Origin: Podarcis liolepis
Lineage: Eukaryota
DNA: 64,000 nt
Assembly: GCA_965112155.1 (NCBI GenBank)
Contig: OZ218104.1
Direction: 5' to 3' (one strand)
Shown: piece by piece, positions 11,447 through 23,841 of the stretch
Layout of the letters: each line of letters opens with the position of its first letter
How positions within the stretch are numbered: position 1 is the stretch's first letter
Made by a program: the position numbers and the translations under genes
Notes under the pieces: model-generated
What the model saw: only the letters and a program-made list of their open reading frames with translations
Database searches by the model: none
Told to the model about the DNA's origin: nothing

Positions 11447-14400
11447 CTGAAAGAAGGACAGGGAGACAGAGACATCACCTCCTCTTCACCCACCAGCCCC
11501 CAGGTCCAGCCTCAAAGCTCTGGCCTACTTCTGGAGGTAGCCCCTGAACAGATGTGGCGCCTCACATCTGTATATTTCCTGACTATGGTGAAACTGGGTA
11601 ACCTAAACTGGAGCACAGAGAGGTCCTCTAGGTAGGGAAAATGCCAGTCTAGAAACAAGCAAACCTTCCTAGATTTTACTGCTGCGAGTGATGTCTCCCG
11701 ATATCTTCAGTGACTGGTGGTCTCTGCTGAATAAACACTACCTGGGCATAGAGCAGACTCCAACCTGGTGTCACAGATTTCTATCAAAGAGCCTGTCGTG
11801 TCTTCAATAAATGGCAATTCCTCATCTTCCATTGTTCAGACACGAAATTAAATTCTGTTTAAACCAGTTTGATTATAGCATAATGCACCCGTATCCAGAC
11901 TTACTGAATAGCTCCCAAGAACCAAAAGCAACCATTTTGTGAGTACTCTGACCTGTACGAGAGATGTTTAAAATACTCAGAGGGTTGTGAAGAAACACAC
12001 CCAAGTTGGTTTGCCAAACACTAAGAGGGGCTATTTTTTGTTCAATCTACAAGCTATTTTTTAAGCCTTTTTGCCTGAAGAGCAGGTTAAATGACTTTTT
12101 AAATAAGTAAACACTGGTCTTTGACCCTGTTATCCAGGATTTGTCATTCTGATGAACTGTGATGTTGGCTCTGATGCTCTCGATCCCTATTGTTATGACA
12201 GAGGGAAGCTCAGTTTCATGCTTGCTTAATTTTTATGGATGTTCACATGTGATAAAATTTATGATTTCAGACAAGTAGCATCATGACTGCATATATTGCA
12301 TAGGTCTATAAAAGTGTGAGGGCCACTGTTAATATCTGTAGCTGGCCCTCCAGGAGGCACTGGGCTCCTGGCCCACATCAGCCCTGGCGACATTTCTGTC
12401 CATGTCTGCATCCCGAAAGGAGTGATATTGGCCAGATATGTCATATCACTGGTCACTGTGGAAAGCAACAAACTGTATTTATGTCTTTTCTAGTCTGAAT
12501 GTTGTGCACTGAATACTTTGTATACAGCTTTGGATTTTCTTAAATATTAAGCAGCTTACAAGTAATTTAAACTCAATCTATTAATAATAACTATATTTGT
12601 AAACAGGGCTAAGCCAAAACCTTCATTGTTTTTCAGGAACATCTTCTGCATAACTGAACATGCCCACCATGCTATTTCAATATTGCTTGCAAAAATGCCC
12701 CCCGTCTCTTTGCACTGCCCTCCCCTGCCTACTCCCTCAACTGACTTCATTTGACTTTGCAGATGTCATGATGGAACCAAGCCTTATTTCACCCCATAGT
12801 CCCCAACTGCTACCAATTCATGAAGACGTATGAGGCAATAAAGGGAGTGGAGGATGTCACAACTGTCCCCATCTCCACTCCAAGGAGCACCTTGCTCCTC
12901 TCCTTAAGCGCCTGTGTTGGCTCCCACCAAGGATGCAAGCTCTCCACCCTCTTCACTTCCTATGAAATATTTCTCTTTTTGACCTCTTAGTCTGAAGCAA
13001 GTTCTCCTTTACCCCTGCCTTCTTCTCCCTACTCTGCCTTTGCACCTTTGACTATGCCATTCTACAGCATCTGGAACAGCAGCCTCCTCACTTTCAATCT
13101 GTGAAGTCACCTTCCTACCTTCTGGCCCATCGTGACCTCTGCAAAGCACAATCGCTCCACCATTCTTGCTCCTCCTGTTACCACTCCCTCCACCTCCATG
13201 ATTCACACAAGTCCTTTGCCAACCCTCTACTCTCTAGCATGACTCTCCAGACTGGGAGAGGAGCCATCGTACTGCTAGCAATAACTAGATGTTACATGAG
13301 ATGCAGGTTGTCCTTCTCATGTAGGGTGGCAGGGAGAAGAAAGCCCTATTGGCCCACACAAGTCTGAAGGGGTCATGCTCAAAGCAGTGGGAGGCCTTCT
13401 CCTGCTATGCAGCATCTTCATTTTCTGGGTGTAGCAGTAAAATTGGGCAAGAGGCCCATGTTGGCTTCTGGCTCTTCAACCCTCCAAAGGTGGGCAGGTG
13501 TGTCTAGATCCATCCTTTTCTGCTTCTTTGAATTCACCCCACAGGCTTTTTCCAATTGCCCACTGGCAAGAGGAGTCCCAGCAGTTGGCCCAGCAGTGGA
13601 TCTGTGTATCACTAGCCAGATACAGAGCACAGTGGTCCTTGGGACTCCTAGAGTCAATTGAGAGGGCTGCCCTGCTCCCATGATGCACCTTGCCTTTCCC
13701 TCCTCCGTCCCAGTTTGTGCTGGATTCATCACTCTCTCCTTCCCACACAAACCCATTCACAATTCCAACACTGTAATTCAAAAGCAGAAGTTCAAATTCA
13801 TTCCAAGTCCAGACCTTAGTTTCACAGCGGTGCTGAAATTTGTGTGACTCAGTTGCTTGGAAGGCTGCGCTGTGAGAATCTGGGTTGGGGTGGATGGGTA
13901 TTGCTACTCATACAAATACTCAAGGACACACAAAGGGAGTCACAGACACATGGACTTCAAAAGTTCGTCGGAAGCACAGACACCAAGAGAGCCCTTAGGA
14001 TCAAGGCTCCCCTGGAGCTGTCCATGCTCACAACCACCCATTGATCACAGGCTATGCAAAACAGAGGTGCCAGCAAGCAATTCACAATGTGTGCAGAACC
14101 AACCATGAAATGCTTGGCTTGATGGACAGCAATGAAGACCACCCTTGTGCAACCGCAGCCCTGCTGTCACTCAGATATGTTGCCTCCCACCACCACCACC
14201 ACCAGCCCACATGCAAAGAAGGTAAAGCAAGATGTCTGAGCAGCCAGGCGGGTGGAAAACCAGTGTGGGGAGGAACGGGGAAGACTGGAAGAATGGCTGA
14301 TTGCTGAGAAAAAGTCAAGAAACAGCCAAGCTGTTGAGGCAGTGGGCCCCAGGATATTGGAGGGCTAAGGCTGAGATCCTGATGCTTGGGCTTGGCAGCC

Positions 14401-15143
14401 AAAAGACCCAGGGAAAAGGAGCTATAAAGTTAAGGGGAACCTGCGAGACCTATATAACGCTTGCTGAATTTAATAATGCTTGAGGAAAGCTAGAACTGGC
14501 CTTTTGAAAATGGAAGCCAAGGCACCAACCCACCCTTCTGATGAGCTGTTGCTGAAGCGTGCATTCCCTGTCCAATTCCACTTTTTAAAGTGGCTCTTCC
14601 CCATCCCTAATCTCAAGGCTGTCACTCTCTGGGGCGGATCTGGGCCCAAGGTGGGTGGATCTCAGCATTTGCCCCAGAGCCATTCTGGAGCGGTGCAGCA
14701 GAGCCAGAGAAAGAGGAGTGTCCAGATGGGAATAATGAGGCCCTGTGGTGATGCTGATCAGGCCTGAAATGAAAGCCAACTTAAAAAGTGCCCACTGACA
14801 ATGTCTTGTTGCTTATGCCTTTGTGGTTCAAGAGGGTGAGGATACTAAGAGGGATCATAGGGATGCTCTTGTGAGTGTCTCCCAGCACAAGACAAGAAGG
14901 CCTCCTCTTTGCTTTGGCCTAAGGGGGAAGGAATGGTTATTCCAACCTGCACCAATCAATTTTAACCAGGCCTTTGGTCCCTAACTGAAAGCACCTGGGG
15001 CCCTTAAGTGCCCAGACAAATGGTGGCACTCTGCTGCAGGTGGAAATTGTGGTCTCCCTCTGAAGGAGACCTAGCCACCTTCCAGAACAGCCTTCCCTGA
15101 AGCCGGTGCCCTCCAGTTGTTTTGGGTTACAAATCCCATAAGC

Positions 15144-15364
15144 CAGTGGTGTCCAAACATTTTTAAAAGAGGGCCAGATTTGATGACGTGAAGGGCCATG
15201 GGGGCTGACCAAAGGGCCAACCAATGTTGCTGACCTTTTTTTAGGATTGAAGTTGTTGAGGGTTTTTTTAGGTTTTAACCCCAGGAAATAAACTGCCACA
15301 GGGCATGGATTAAACCGACCGGTGGGCCACATTAGGCCCCCAAAATGGACTTTGGACATGCCTG
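15144..15364. mobile_element. hAT-family MITE (221 bp)
   Basis: TIRs CAGTGGTGTCCAAA / TTTGGACATGCCTG; 8-bp TSD CCATAAGC. Confidence 0.88.
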
Positions 15365-15735
15365 CCATAAGCAATACCAAGGAGGATTTCCTCCAGAGAA
15401 GGCTGAGGCTGATGGGAGTTGTGGTCCAAAACACTAGGTTGGAGAAGATGGCCCCAGAGTGAGAGACTGAGCCAGTCTGGATCCGTGAGAATTCAAGCTG
15501 TTTTTCCATTTTGTGTTCAACTGATGAAACCAAAGTGTATGTGCTTTGAATGTGCCCTTTGATATCCCCCTTTTCAAAGTGGCAACAGGGCATATGAAGC
15601 AGCCTTGCACTGAGGCAGACCCCTGCCCAGAGGAGTGGCTCTGTGGGGTCTCAGGCAGGTGGAGAGGGTAGGACCCCTTCTTCCTCCTTCACATTGCTTT
15701 CTGCTACCCAATCCTTTAAACTGGGATTGAACCAT

Positions 15736-15871
15736 CAGGCAGAGGCAAACTCAGCCCTCCAGATGTTTTGAGACTACAGTTCCCATCATCCCTGACTACT
15801 GGTCCTGTTGGCTAGGGATGATGGGAGTTGTAGTCCCAAAACACCTGGAGGTCTGAGTTTGCCTATGCCTG
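15736..15871. mobile_element. Palindromic hAT-type MITE (136 bp)
   Basis: CAGGCAGAGGCAAACTCAG...CTGAGTTTGCCTATGCCTG, almost wholly self-complementary with a gactaca.ttcccatca core; TSD not clean. Confidence 0.8.
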
Positions 15872-16889
15872 CAATACATTCTGTAAAATAACCCAGTTTT
15901 TTGCAGCCCCAGGAAGGTGGGGCCTGAATGCAACTCTTGCAAATCAAACTAAGGGTTTTCATGTATGCTAGGCTTCTTTTAAGACACAAAGAACACTGTC
16001 TTTAGAAAACAGCTTCACAACAACCTTGTAAGGGAGCTTAGGCTGAAAGGTAGGGACTTGACTTTCCAAGGCCAAGAAAGGCCCAAGGTTGAAATGGTCA
16101 AACTATAGATAAATAAACCCGGCACACACCACATATTTTGACCTAAAAGGCCTCATAAGCCTCATAGGCCTCATATTTTGACCTAAAAGGCCTCATAAGC
16201 AAGGCCAAGGGTTGGGGGTAGGAGTTGTACTCTACCAACAAAATGGGGAGTGGGGGGGAGAGAGAGATTACTCTAAACAGAGGCAAGGCAAGAGCCCCAG
16301 GGATTTTGGCATCTCAGGTGCTTAGCTAGTTTGTGGATGGGCTAGTCAGGGGGTTGGCATAGCAGGGGAGGCGCACACCCATTTCCCATGGGGTCTTGCT
16401 TGCCAGCAGGCCAAAATAAGATGCCTTTGGAACAATCTCCCAAGTCTCCAATTTGGCCTGAGGTAAGCTGCTCTTCCTTAGCCTCAGCCTGGCCATCCGC
16501 AACATGGGGGGCAGTAATGCTGGCCTGCCTTACAGGGTCGTTGCAAGGTTCACTGAGAAGAATGAAGCAACTTTGAACTTAGTATTTCCGTTTTTGCCAT
16601 GTGGCCTGTTGGCACCTTACACCTCAGGTTCCTGCGTTCATCACCACCTCCTCCCTGCCTCCAGCAAAGCTGAGCCGAGCCTCAGTCAGCCCCATCAGCT
16701 TAAGCTGCTCCCAACCCTCAATGCACCACTTGCATCAGCATGGCCTCCAGAGGTTTCATTTCATTTCAAGCCCAACCAAAACAGAGTGGAGGGAGGGAGG
16801 GGGGAGAGGATTACAGGTAGTGAAGCCAAGAGCGTGGAGGAAGGGCGAGGGATGCCTGGATGAAGCTGAGATGGCAACGTTTGACTTAC

Positions 16890-16898
16890 CAAGTAGCT
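16890..16898 (-). CDS. MTSS2: MTSS2 exon 7, 9-nt microexon AGCTACTTG (adds E-L-L)
   Basis: Pyrimidine-rich tract of about 70 nt ending cctgtag|, then AGCTACTTG|GTAAGT. Gives KKARK-ELL-GKGDL as in recalled human MTSS2. Confidence 0.9.
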
Positions 16899-18502
16899 CT
16901 ACAGGAAGGATGTGGAAAGGAGGGAAGAGAAAGGAGAGAGGGAGGAAGAGAGAAAGAAGAATGTGTGAAAGACAGGCTGATGTATAGAGCCATCTTCTCA
17001 CCCGGAACAGGACCCCACAGAACCACCACCCAACTCAGCCACATCACCAGGTACACAACTGCCCTCCCGCCATAAAATGACAGCAGGGGACAGCTGCGTC
17101 TGGTCAGGTCTTCTCCACTGGCACAAGGAGCAAAAGTGGGAGCCACAGGACTCTGATAACCTCCCCCAGGTGGGGGGCAGTGGCAGGTCCAGGGGTGGAG
17201 TGGGGATTCCCCAAGGCAGAATGCAAATGCCCCAGACCCAAGCCAAATGCCACAGGTCCCCAATCCACCTTGCATGGAGCAGCCAAACAGGAGGAGGAAG
17301 GCACAGAGACATTTGCACCCTGCACCTTGTCTTCCCAAGGAGTCATTAGTGGCCACGTGCACACGCAACATCTGGTTTGGGCCTCAGAGGGTCCGCTGCA
17401 GGAGCCAGGAAGACCCCTCTCAATACCTAGAAGGACTGAGAATGGTATGAGACGCCACACTGAGAACACCAACACAGTTCTCTTCCCATGACAGAGTGTG
17501 TGCATAAAGGGGAGGGAGAGGCACTTTGATAGGAAATTATCCCCGAGGCCCCCCCCCCAACTTTGCAGTCAGCACCAGCATACACACATGGTAACTTCGA
17601 GGAGCAATGACCTGGATCAACACACTGGCCTGATTTTAGGGCAATAAGAACTTAGCAAGGCTCTGAAAGCAACCCTCCCCTGGCAATCACATGTTCACAA
17701 GATGGGAGGGCAAACCAAAAGTGCGGAAACTTAAAGCACCGGCTGAACAACGCCCCCTGCAGAAACTGCCACTCTCACAAAGACCCATTCAGACACACAA
17801 GCAAACCAGAAGCAGGCAAGCTCCCTTCTCCCCTTGGAATCTGCTACCACAACTCTGAAGACAGCTGGGCCTTCTTTCTCCTTGGGGGTTAAAATGCCTC
17901 ACAGCTTTGAAGAGGATCAATAGCTGAGAGGCATGTGTGTTCTTCTGCACTTAAAACAAATAAATCCAAGATTCCTGAACTGAGCAAAGGTGAATGCTGT
18001 GAGCCTAATCAACAGACCTCTCACTCGGCCATCTCCTCTGGTTTCTGAGGCCTCAGCCAGCATTGCCCACCCACACTGTTAAGCCACAGGGGCCAGAAAC
18101 TTGCTTTAACACCCCCCCCCCCAATAAATTCAGGAAGCTGAATTCATTCCCTTTTCTGTCACTGCCTAACACAAAGCTCTGTCTCACCTGCAAAGCAAAC
18201 AACCCACAAAGGGATTTGGAGAACCTCTGGGCCCCAGGACATTATGCCGCAAGGAGGCCTCCACCCTAGTTTAACCAGGATCTTACACTGCAATGAATTT
18301 AACTGGAGAATTAAACCAAGGTCCTTGCTCCATCCATGCCATTACCTGTGCAGGGAAACGTTCACTGCTAAGGCAGAAGCAATTTAGTTTATCCAAGGGC
18401 AGCCCAACAAATCCAGTCCCCCTCTTCAATCAGGGGTTGGAGGCCAACATCACTAGCCAAACTGAGCTGCCCTTTGGCCAGAAAGACCCTGGCCGATCTT
18501 AC

Positions 18503-18577
18503 CTTTGCGGGCTTTCTTCTGAAGCTTCAGTGTGTCAGAGGACTTCTTCTTTATCTCATGGCGGGCTCGTTTGTATT
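18503..18577 (-). CDS. MTSS2: MTSS2 exon 6 (EYKRARHEIKKKSSDTLKLQKKARK)
   Basis: Acceptor ccttag|, donor G|GTAAGA; 75 nt; basic I-BAR tip. Confidence 0.96.
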
Positions 18578-18826
18578 CTAAGGAGACAGGAATTGGGAGA
18601 CACGAGGCCTGATTCCAAGTGACCAGAAGGCAAACAGCTTGGCGGGTGGACCCCGAGGTCCCCCACATGGCGTGAGCAGACAAGGGAGGCCACTGCTCTC
18701 TATGGGGCCCAGACTCAACTCCTGGCTTTCATCTCCTCCCACCCTAAGCCCCACAGTCACATCCTTGCCACTGCTTTCCTCTGAGCATCAGACACTGCCT
18801 CACAGGCTATGGGGCAGCCCTTTTAC

Positions 18827-18918
18827 CTTTCGCGTGATCTTTGTCAAGCTGGTTAGCAGTCTTCTTCCAGTCCTCTATCCGATCCTGCAGGGGGTTAATC
18901 AGGCTCTCCATCAGGGCA
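18827..18918 (-). CDS. MTSS2: MTSS2 exon 5 (NALMESLINPLQDRIEDWKKTANQLDKDHAK)
   Basis: Acceptor ctgcag|, donor G|GTAAAA; 92 nt. Confidence 0.96.
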
Positions 18919-19233
18919 CTGCAGGAGGGGGGAAGGCACCCAGAGAGAGGCGGGTTAGCAGGGCCAAGGGATGCGGAGAAGGGTTTGCAATGAAATCCCC
19001 ATAAATGTGCCAAGGTGATCCAAATGGCTCAGTAACTCATTCTCTGGACTACAGTATGGAAGTGGCTCGAGTTTCTAAAACCCTGAGCCTCCTTCTGCAT
19101 GTCTTGCCTATTTCAGCACCTCCCCAATCCCGTTTTCAAGGCCACTGAGCCTCTCTCTCTTCTTCTTCGGAAAGGGAGCCTGGGGCTGGCCCACACACAT
19201 GACAAGCACGCGAGTCTAACAAAAGGCACTTAC

Positions 19234-19318
19234 TTGGTAAACTGCCTCAGCTTGGTCTCAATACTGCGGTGCCGCATACACATCCGGGTTAGTGCGGAGC
19301 CGATGTCCCTCGTGGCTC
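19234..19318 (-). CDS. MTSS2: MTSS2 exon 4 (GATRDIGSALTRMCMRHRSIETKLRQFT)
   Basis: Acceptor cctcag|, donor AA|GTAAGT; 85 nt. Confidence 0.96.
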
Positions 19319-20877
19319 CTGAGGTGAAAAACCAGCCCTCGTGTTAATGGACAACAGTCAAGAGGTAGTGCAGAAAAATTCAAGTACGAAATTTCTTTCC
19401 TTTCCTTCTCTCTTGTTCAGTTGGAGAGAAAAAAACGGAGAGGCAAGGAATTGAGATGTTGCCACAGGCTGAAGGAAAGCCTGACATTGGGGCTGGGTGA
19501 GGGAGTGAGATCACATGGGCTGGGAAACCAAGTTGCCTGAGAGTCTGAGGAAGGAGCACCTTGTTTCAGAAGTAGCAAAGCAGAGCTATCAGGGCTCTCT
19601 CCTGACTTTCCTCCTGAGGGGGCATACAGAAAGGCATCATATGTTACTCTCACAGGAACCCTGCCAACTGTTTCTTCAGCCTCTACTTGAGACTCAGTTC
19701 CTCCTCTCTGGACATCCATTTTCCATCAGAGAAGGTGGCGGCAGAGCAGGGATCGCCTGAACACTGTCCCAGGTCTGACTTTCTATCCAGTCCCCTCAGA
19801 AGCCCCTATTATCTCCAGGCATTACATGGTACTGAAAAGTCAGAATAATAGAAGCTCTTATGAAACATTACTTTGGGGCAACATCTTCCCCTCCAGGATT
19901 TCACAGGTGAAAAAGGACTCTCCAGTGGGCTTGTAACACTCCCCCCACCCAATTCATCTCACAAACACTTCTTCCCCTTGCCAAAGGTTGTTCCAGGATT
20001 CCATTCATGCTAGAGTGACTCACTTGGCAATGGCCTATCTTACACAAATTAGTAAAATGTTCACAAGAGTTTCCATTAAAAAGAAAGGGTTTTTTCCTCT
20101 TACACAGTGGAGCTAGAGGCTGTGTTTGCAACTTAAAGAGCATCAGAAGGATCCTTCCAAACTGGGAGATTAGGAAACAAATGCATTTTGATGTTAAGAA
20201 GGTGTGTGGAGGGGAATGCATTTGGGGCACACCCCCTAACTTCACCCATAAATACACCATGATGAGGTCTGAGCTGCATTGTAATGTTGTAACCTTCCTG
20301 CAGAGTGGGGTTGATTAGTCCAGCCCCTTTGATAATTTTGGTTGCTCCTTTCTGCCTTTCCCTCCCAGCTCTAGAATATCCTTTGAGTTAAAGGCTATCA
20401 CTATCAAAGGCTAACAATTGGCTCCAAGTCTAGGGCCCTGCCTGATGGAGAACAGAGCAATTCAGATTTTGTCCATTGGGGGTAGCAATAACCACACTGA
20501 CACTGACCCCTCTCTCTTTCTCTGCGCCTTGAACATGAGGATATGAATGGATGGAACAGTCTTTCATAGGAACTGCCCATCAAACTGCATCCCTCCCAAA
20601 GCATGGATTATGGGGCATTTTGCTGTTTGAGGGAGAGGAAAATGCCCACATACACTAATTCACATGGGAGCCCAATCCAATGAGAAGTTATCTAGTGCAA
20701 GCCTCATTGAAATGAACATGCATTTATAGGGACCTTTACACAAGATGAGATGGCACCCTGTGGGTCGCAGCTAAATGTCCTTGATAGCACCAGAAACTAA
20801 CAGTCAGAGGTGATTTCTGTCTCTTTCTGCTCATTTCCATTTCAACTTGCTCCTGGTCACACGTGCCGTAATTGCTG

Positions 20878-21150
20878 TGAGTGCTCCAGTTGGAGAACAG
20901 CCTCTACTAAAGGTGTCATTGACCTTAAAGAAGCACGAATTCAGGACGAAAGGGAGAAACGAGCTCAGAGGAAGGCAGCTTGGAGAAATCCTCACCATGA
21001 TCAACTCCGACCCAGAAACCTACATCCCCACTGTGGAAGGACGTGTGGATCCAGAATTGGCCTCCACAGTCACTTACGGACTCACTGTTAAGACCGTGGT
21101 CATGGAAGACAATCTTACTTGGCTATGAGTGATCACCAAAGAAGAAGAAG
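20878..21150 (+). mobile_element. 5'-truncated RTE-clade LINE 3' end with (GAA)n tail
   Basis: Terminal HCGRTCGSRIGLHSHLRTH zinc-finger-like motif; TSD AATTGCTG at 20870-20877 and 21151-21158. Confidence 0.8.
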
Positions 21151-23788
21151 AATTGCTGCTCTAGAGGAGCCTTCTCCAATCTGTTGCTCCCCATATGCTT
21201 TGGACTACAATACCTGTGCTGACTGGGGCTGTTGGGAGTTACTTCCCAAAACATGAATGGCAGCAACTTGGCAAAGGTGGCTCCAGGATCTAGACTACCT
21301 TCTGTTTTCCTTGAGATATACATAAAAAGTGCCCCCGAAGGATGTCTTCCTCTCAATCCTGCCTTTTAAGCACTTCCTAGGAAGAACACATTGCGTACTC
21401 CCACAACACCGAAGCAGAATGACTGTGAAAGATTAATGAGGCAAAGGCACGCAACTGTGCCAGGAAAGACGAATGCACAGAAATCACACGTCAGAGGAAC
21501 CCAGTGTCACCTGGGAATGGCAGATCCAGCCCTCAAAGGTATTGGGAGGGAGGAAGTTAAGAGTGGATGCAACAGACCATGATCAACTCAGCCGGCATGA
21601 TGAATTCAGGTTAATGAGGGATCTGCACGCACACCAGTATGCAGCACTGTGCAAGCTGCAGGGAGAAATTTGCAAAACACTTCACCTTCTGCTGCCCAGC
21701 CTGAGCTGGCCAGGAAGTGGCAAAAGTTGCATGGAGTCTCCAAGACACAGCCTTCAGGAAGGGATCTTTGGAGGCTGCCCCAGAGCACTTGACATGAATT
21801 CTCTAACCCTACTCCTTAAAACAGCCCTTTAAAGCAGGCCAGCCACCACACTGCCCGGAAAGACATATTTCATCCAGCTCTGGGTGAGGCACCTGATGCT
21901 CATTCAGGCCATGAGTTGACCTGACCTGTCAGCTATCACTGCGGGGGGGGATGAGCAGCAAAGTTTTTAATCAAACAGAGATTAATCAATTTTAAACTTT
22001 TGATCAAAAAGGTGCTCTTAAAGGTAGGGTAGCTGTGAGGGCCAGGTGTCCTACCAGTGACCCAGTTCCTTTTACTAGTCTTGGATTACTAGGCAATGAT
22101 TTGCCAAGTGGCCTTGCTCAATGCTAAGGATGATCACTGCGCTTTAGTCATCTCTCTCGTACATTCCAAGAGCCCAAGACCATTTCCTTCTTGACCTCAG
22201 ATGAGGCCAGCTAATTCTCCGCAAGTCTGCTTGTGCTTATGGTTCTGGTCCTGCAGTCTATTGAGCCTGACCTTCCAGAGCAACACTCTTAAGTGTTGGA
22301 GCATCAGAAGGTGACATGAATGTGATTGACCCTCTGTTGCTTTTTGGAATTTTCTCCCAACCATGGAGGATGGAAAGACACCAGCACTACCTCCACAACA
22401 GTGGTGCACTTCACACACCCCTTCTTACTGGGGGTGGGGGGTCATCCTGGCTCCAGAGCCACCGCTGTGCAGCTGCAGCAATAGACAGAGGAGGATGACT
22501 CACTTCCTTTGCTTGTTTCCTTAGCTTGCTGAACGGGGCTTCTGCTGCAGATCACAGCCATTGACAGGGAGAAATCATTTCCTCCTGTTCCCCCTTTCCC
22601 GGTTCTGACCAGGAGTGCTGCTTCCTCTTAAGAGTTGCTCCCTCTTGGCCAAGACATTTTACCCCCAGCCCCCAACCCTATGGCTGTAATCACCTGACAC
22701 AAAATACATCCTTAGTATCTCTTTCAGAAAAAAATCTCCCAGCATTTTCTGCAAACATTGAGATCTTGTGGTTCACATTCTGAATCGCACTTGGCAACTT
22801 CACTAGCAACACCCCCCTCCCGAGCAATGTCCACACATGTGCAATCAGAGCAACCCCCCAGTTTCCCTTGTCCTCTTCCACCACCCCACTAACAACTCAG
22901 TGGATAAAACCGTGCAGTCCCAGAGGTCCTTCTGTCTCTTTTCAGAGACCGCCTGGGGAATTTTGTTGCCATAAACACAAAAGTTAAAATGACGTAGCAC
23001 CTCCTACTCACCCACCCATCAACCTTCTTGGACAACAGCGAAACATTAAAGAGGAAAGACAGACAAGAAAATTTAAAATGGGGTGGGGAGTCAGTGCATT
23101 CAAAAGTTGTCAGTGTCAAGATGGGAAGGCTGGGCCAAGTTGATTCTTTTCTCTCCTTCAATTACTGAGCTCAAATTCAGCTACTTACTGGGGCTGGAAG
23201 CTTGGAGTTTCAGTAGCTGTGGTGTGTTTCTGAGACCATTTAGTGCACTTGCTCTGCTTAGAAGCTGGTACCTGAAGAACTGCCTGCTCCCTTCCCACAT
23301 CCCTTGGTGGGAAGGTGCCTCCCCTGCCTGTGATTGTTTTGCACTTCAGTGTTTTCGCCTTCCTTTGAATTGTGAGCTGAATAATATTGTGATCACTTCC
23401 AGCTCCAGGACACCTTATGTTTGCAATTATTTACACCTTGCCTTTCCAAGGGAGCTTATACACATCTGTTGAAATAGCACCGAGGACAAAATACGAACTA
23501 AAAAACAGGCTAAAATGCAACAAGCAAATAGCTTCATTTCCTTCATTTGTGCACCCCAGAGTGGTTGACATAATAAAAGCCATAAAACACAGTCATAAGC
23601 AAATGAGTCCACAAACACAACTAAAAGCAAAACATAACCAGCACTAATAACCAGTTAAAGCCAAAAATCTGTCCTTAATGGTGTCCCACTAGAATAACAG
23701 GGCAGCTTTCACTTGGCCCTGAAGGAGAAAAAACTGGGCAGTGCATGATCCCCCACTGCAGCAAAGGTCCTATCGCTACCCTGCAATG

Positions 23789-23804
23789 GGAGTGGAGTGG
23801 AGTG

Positions 23805-23838
<34 letters not shown>
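23789..23838. repeat. (GGAGT)n + (GT)n compound microsatellite
   Basis: Read directly. Confidence 0.9.

Positions 23839-23841
<3 letters not shown>

Noticed and set aside
14937-15593. 218-aa minus-strand ORF
   Set aside because: Runs through MITE sequence with no recognisable domain.
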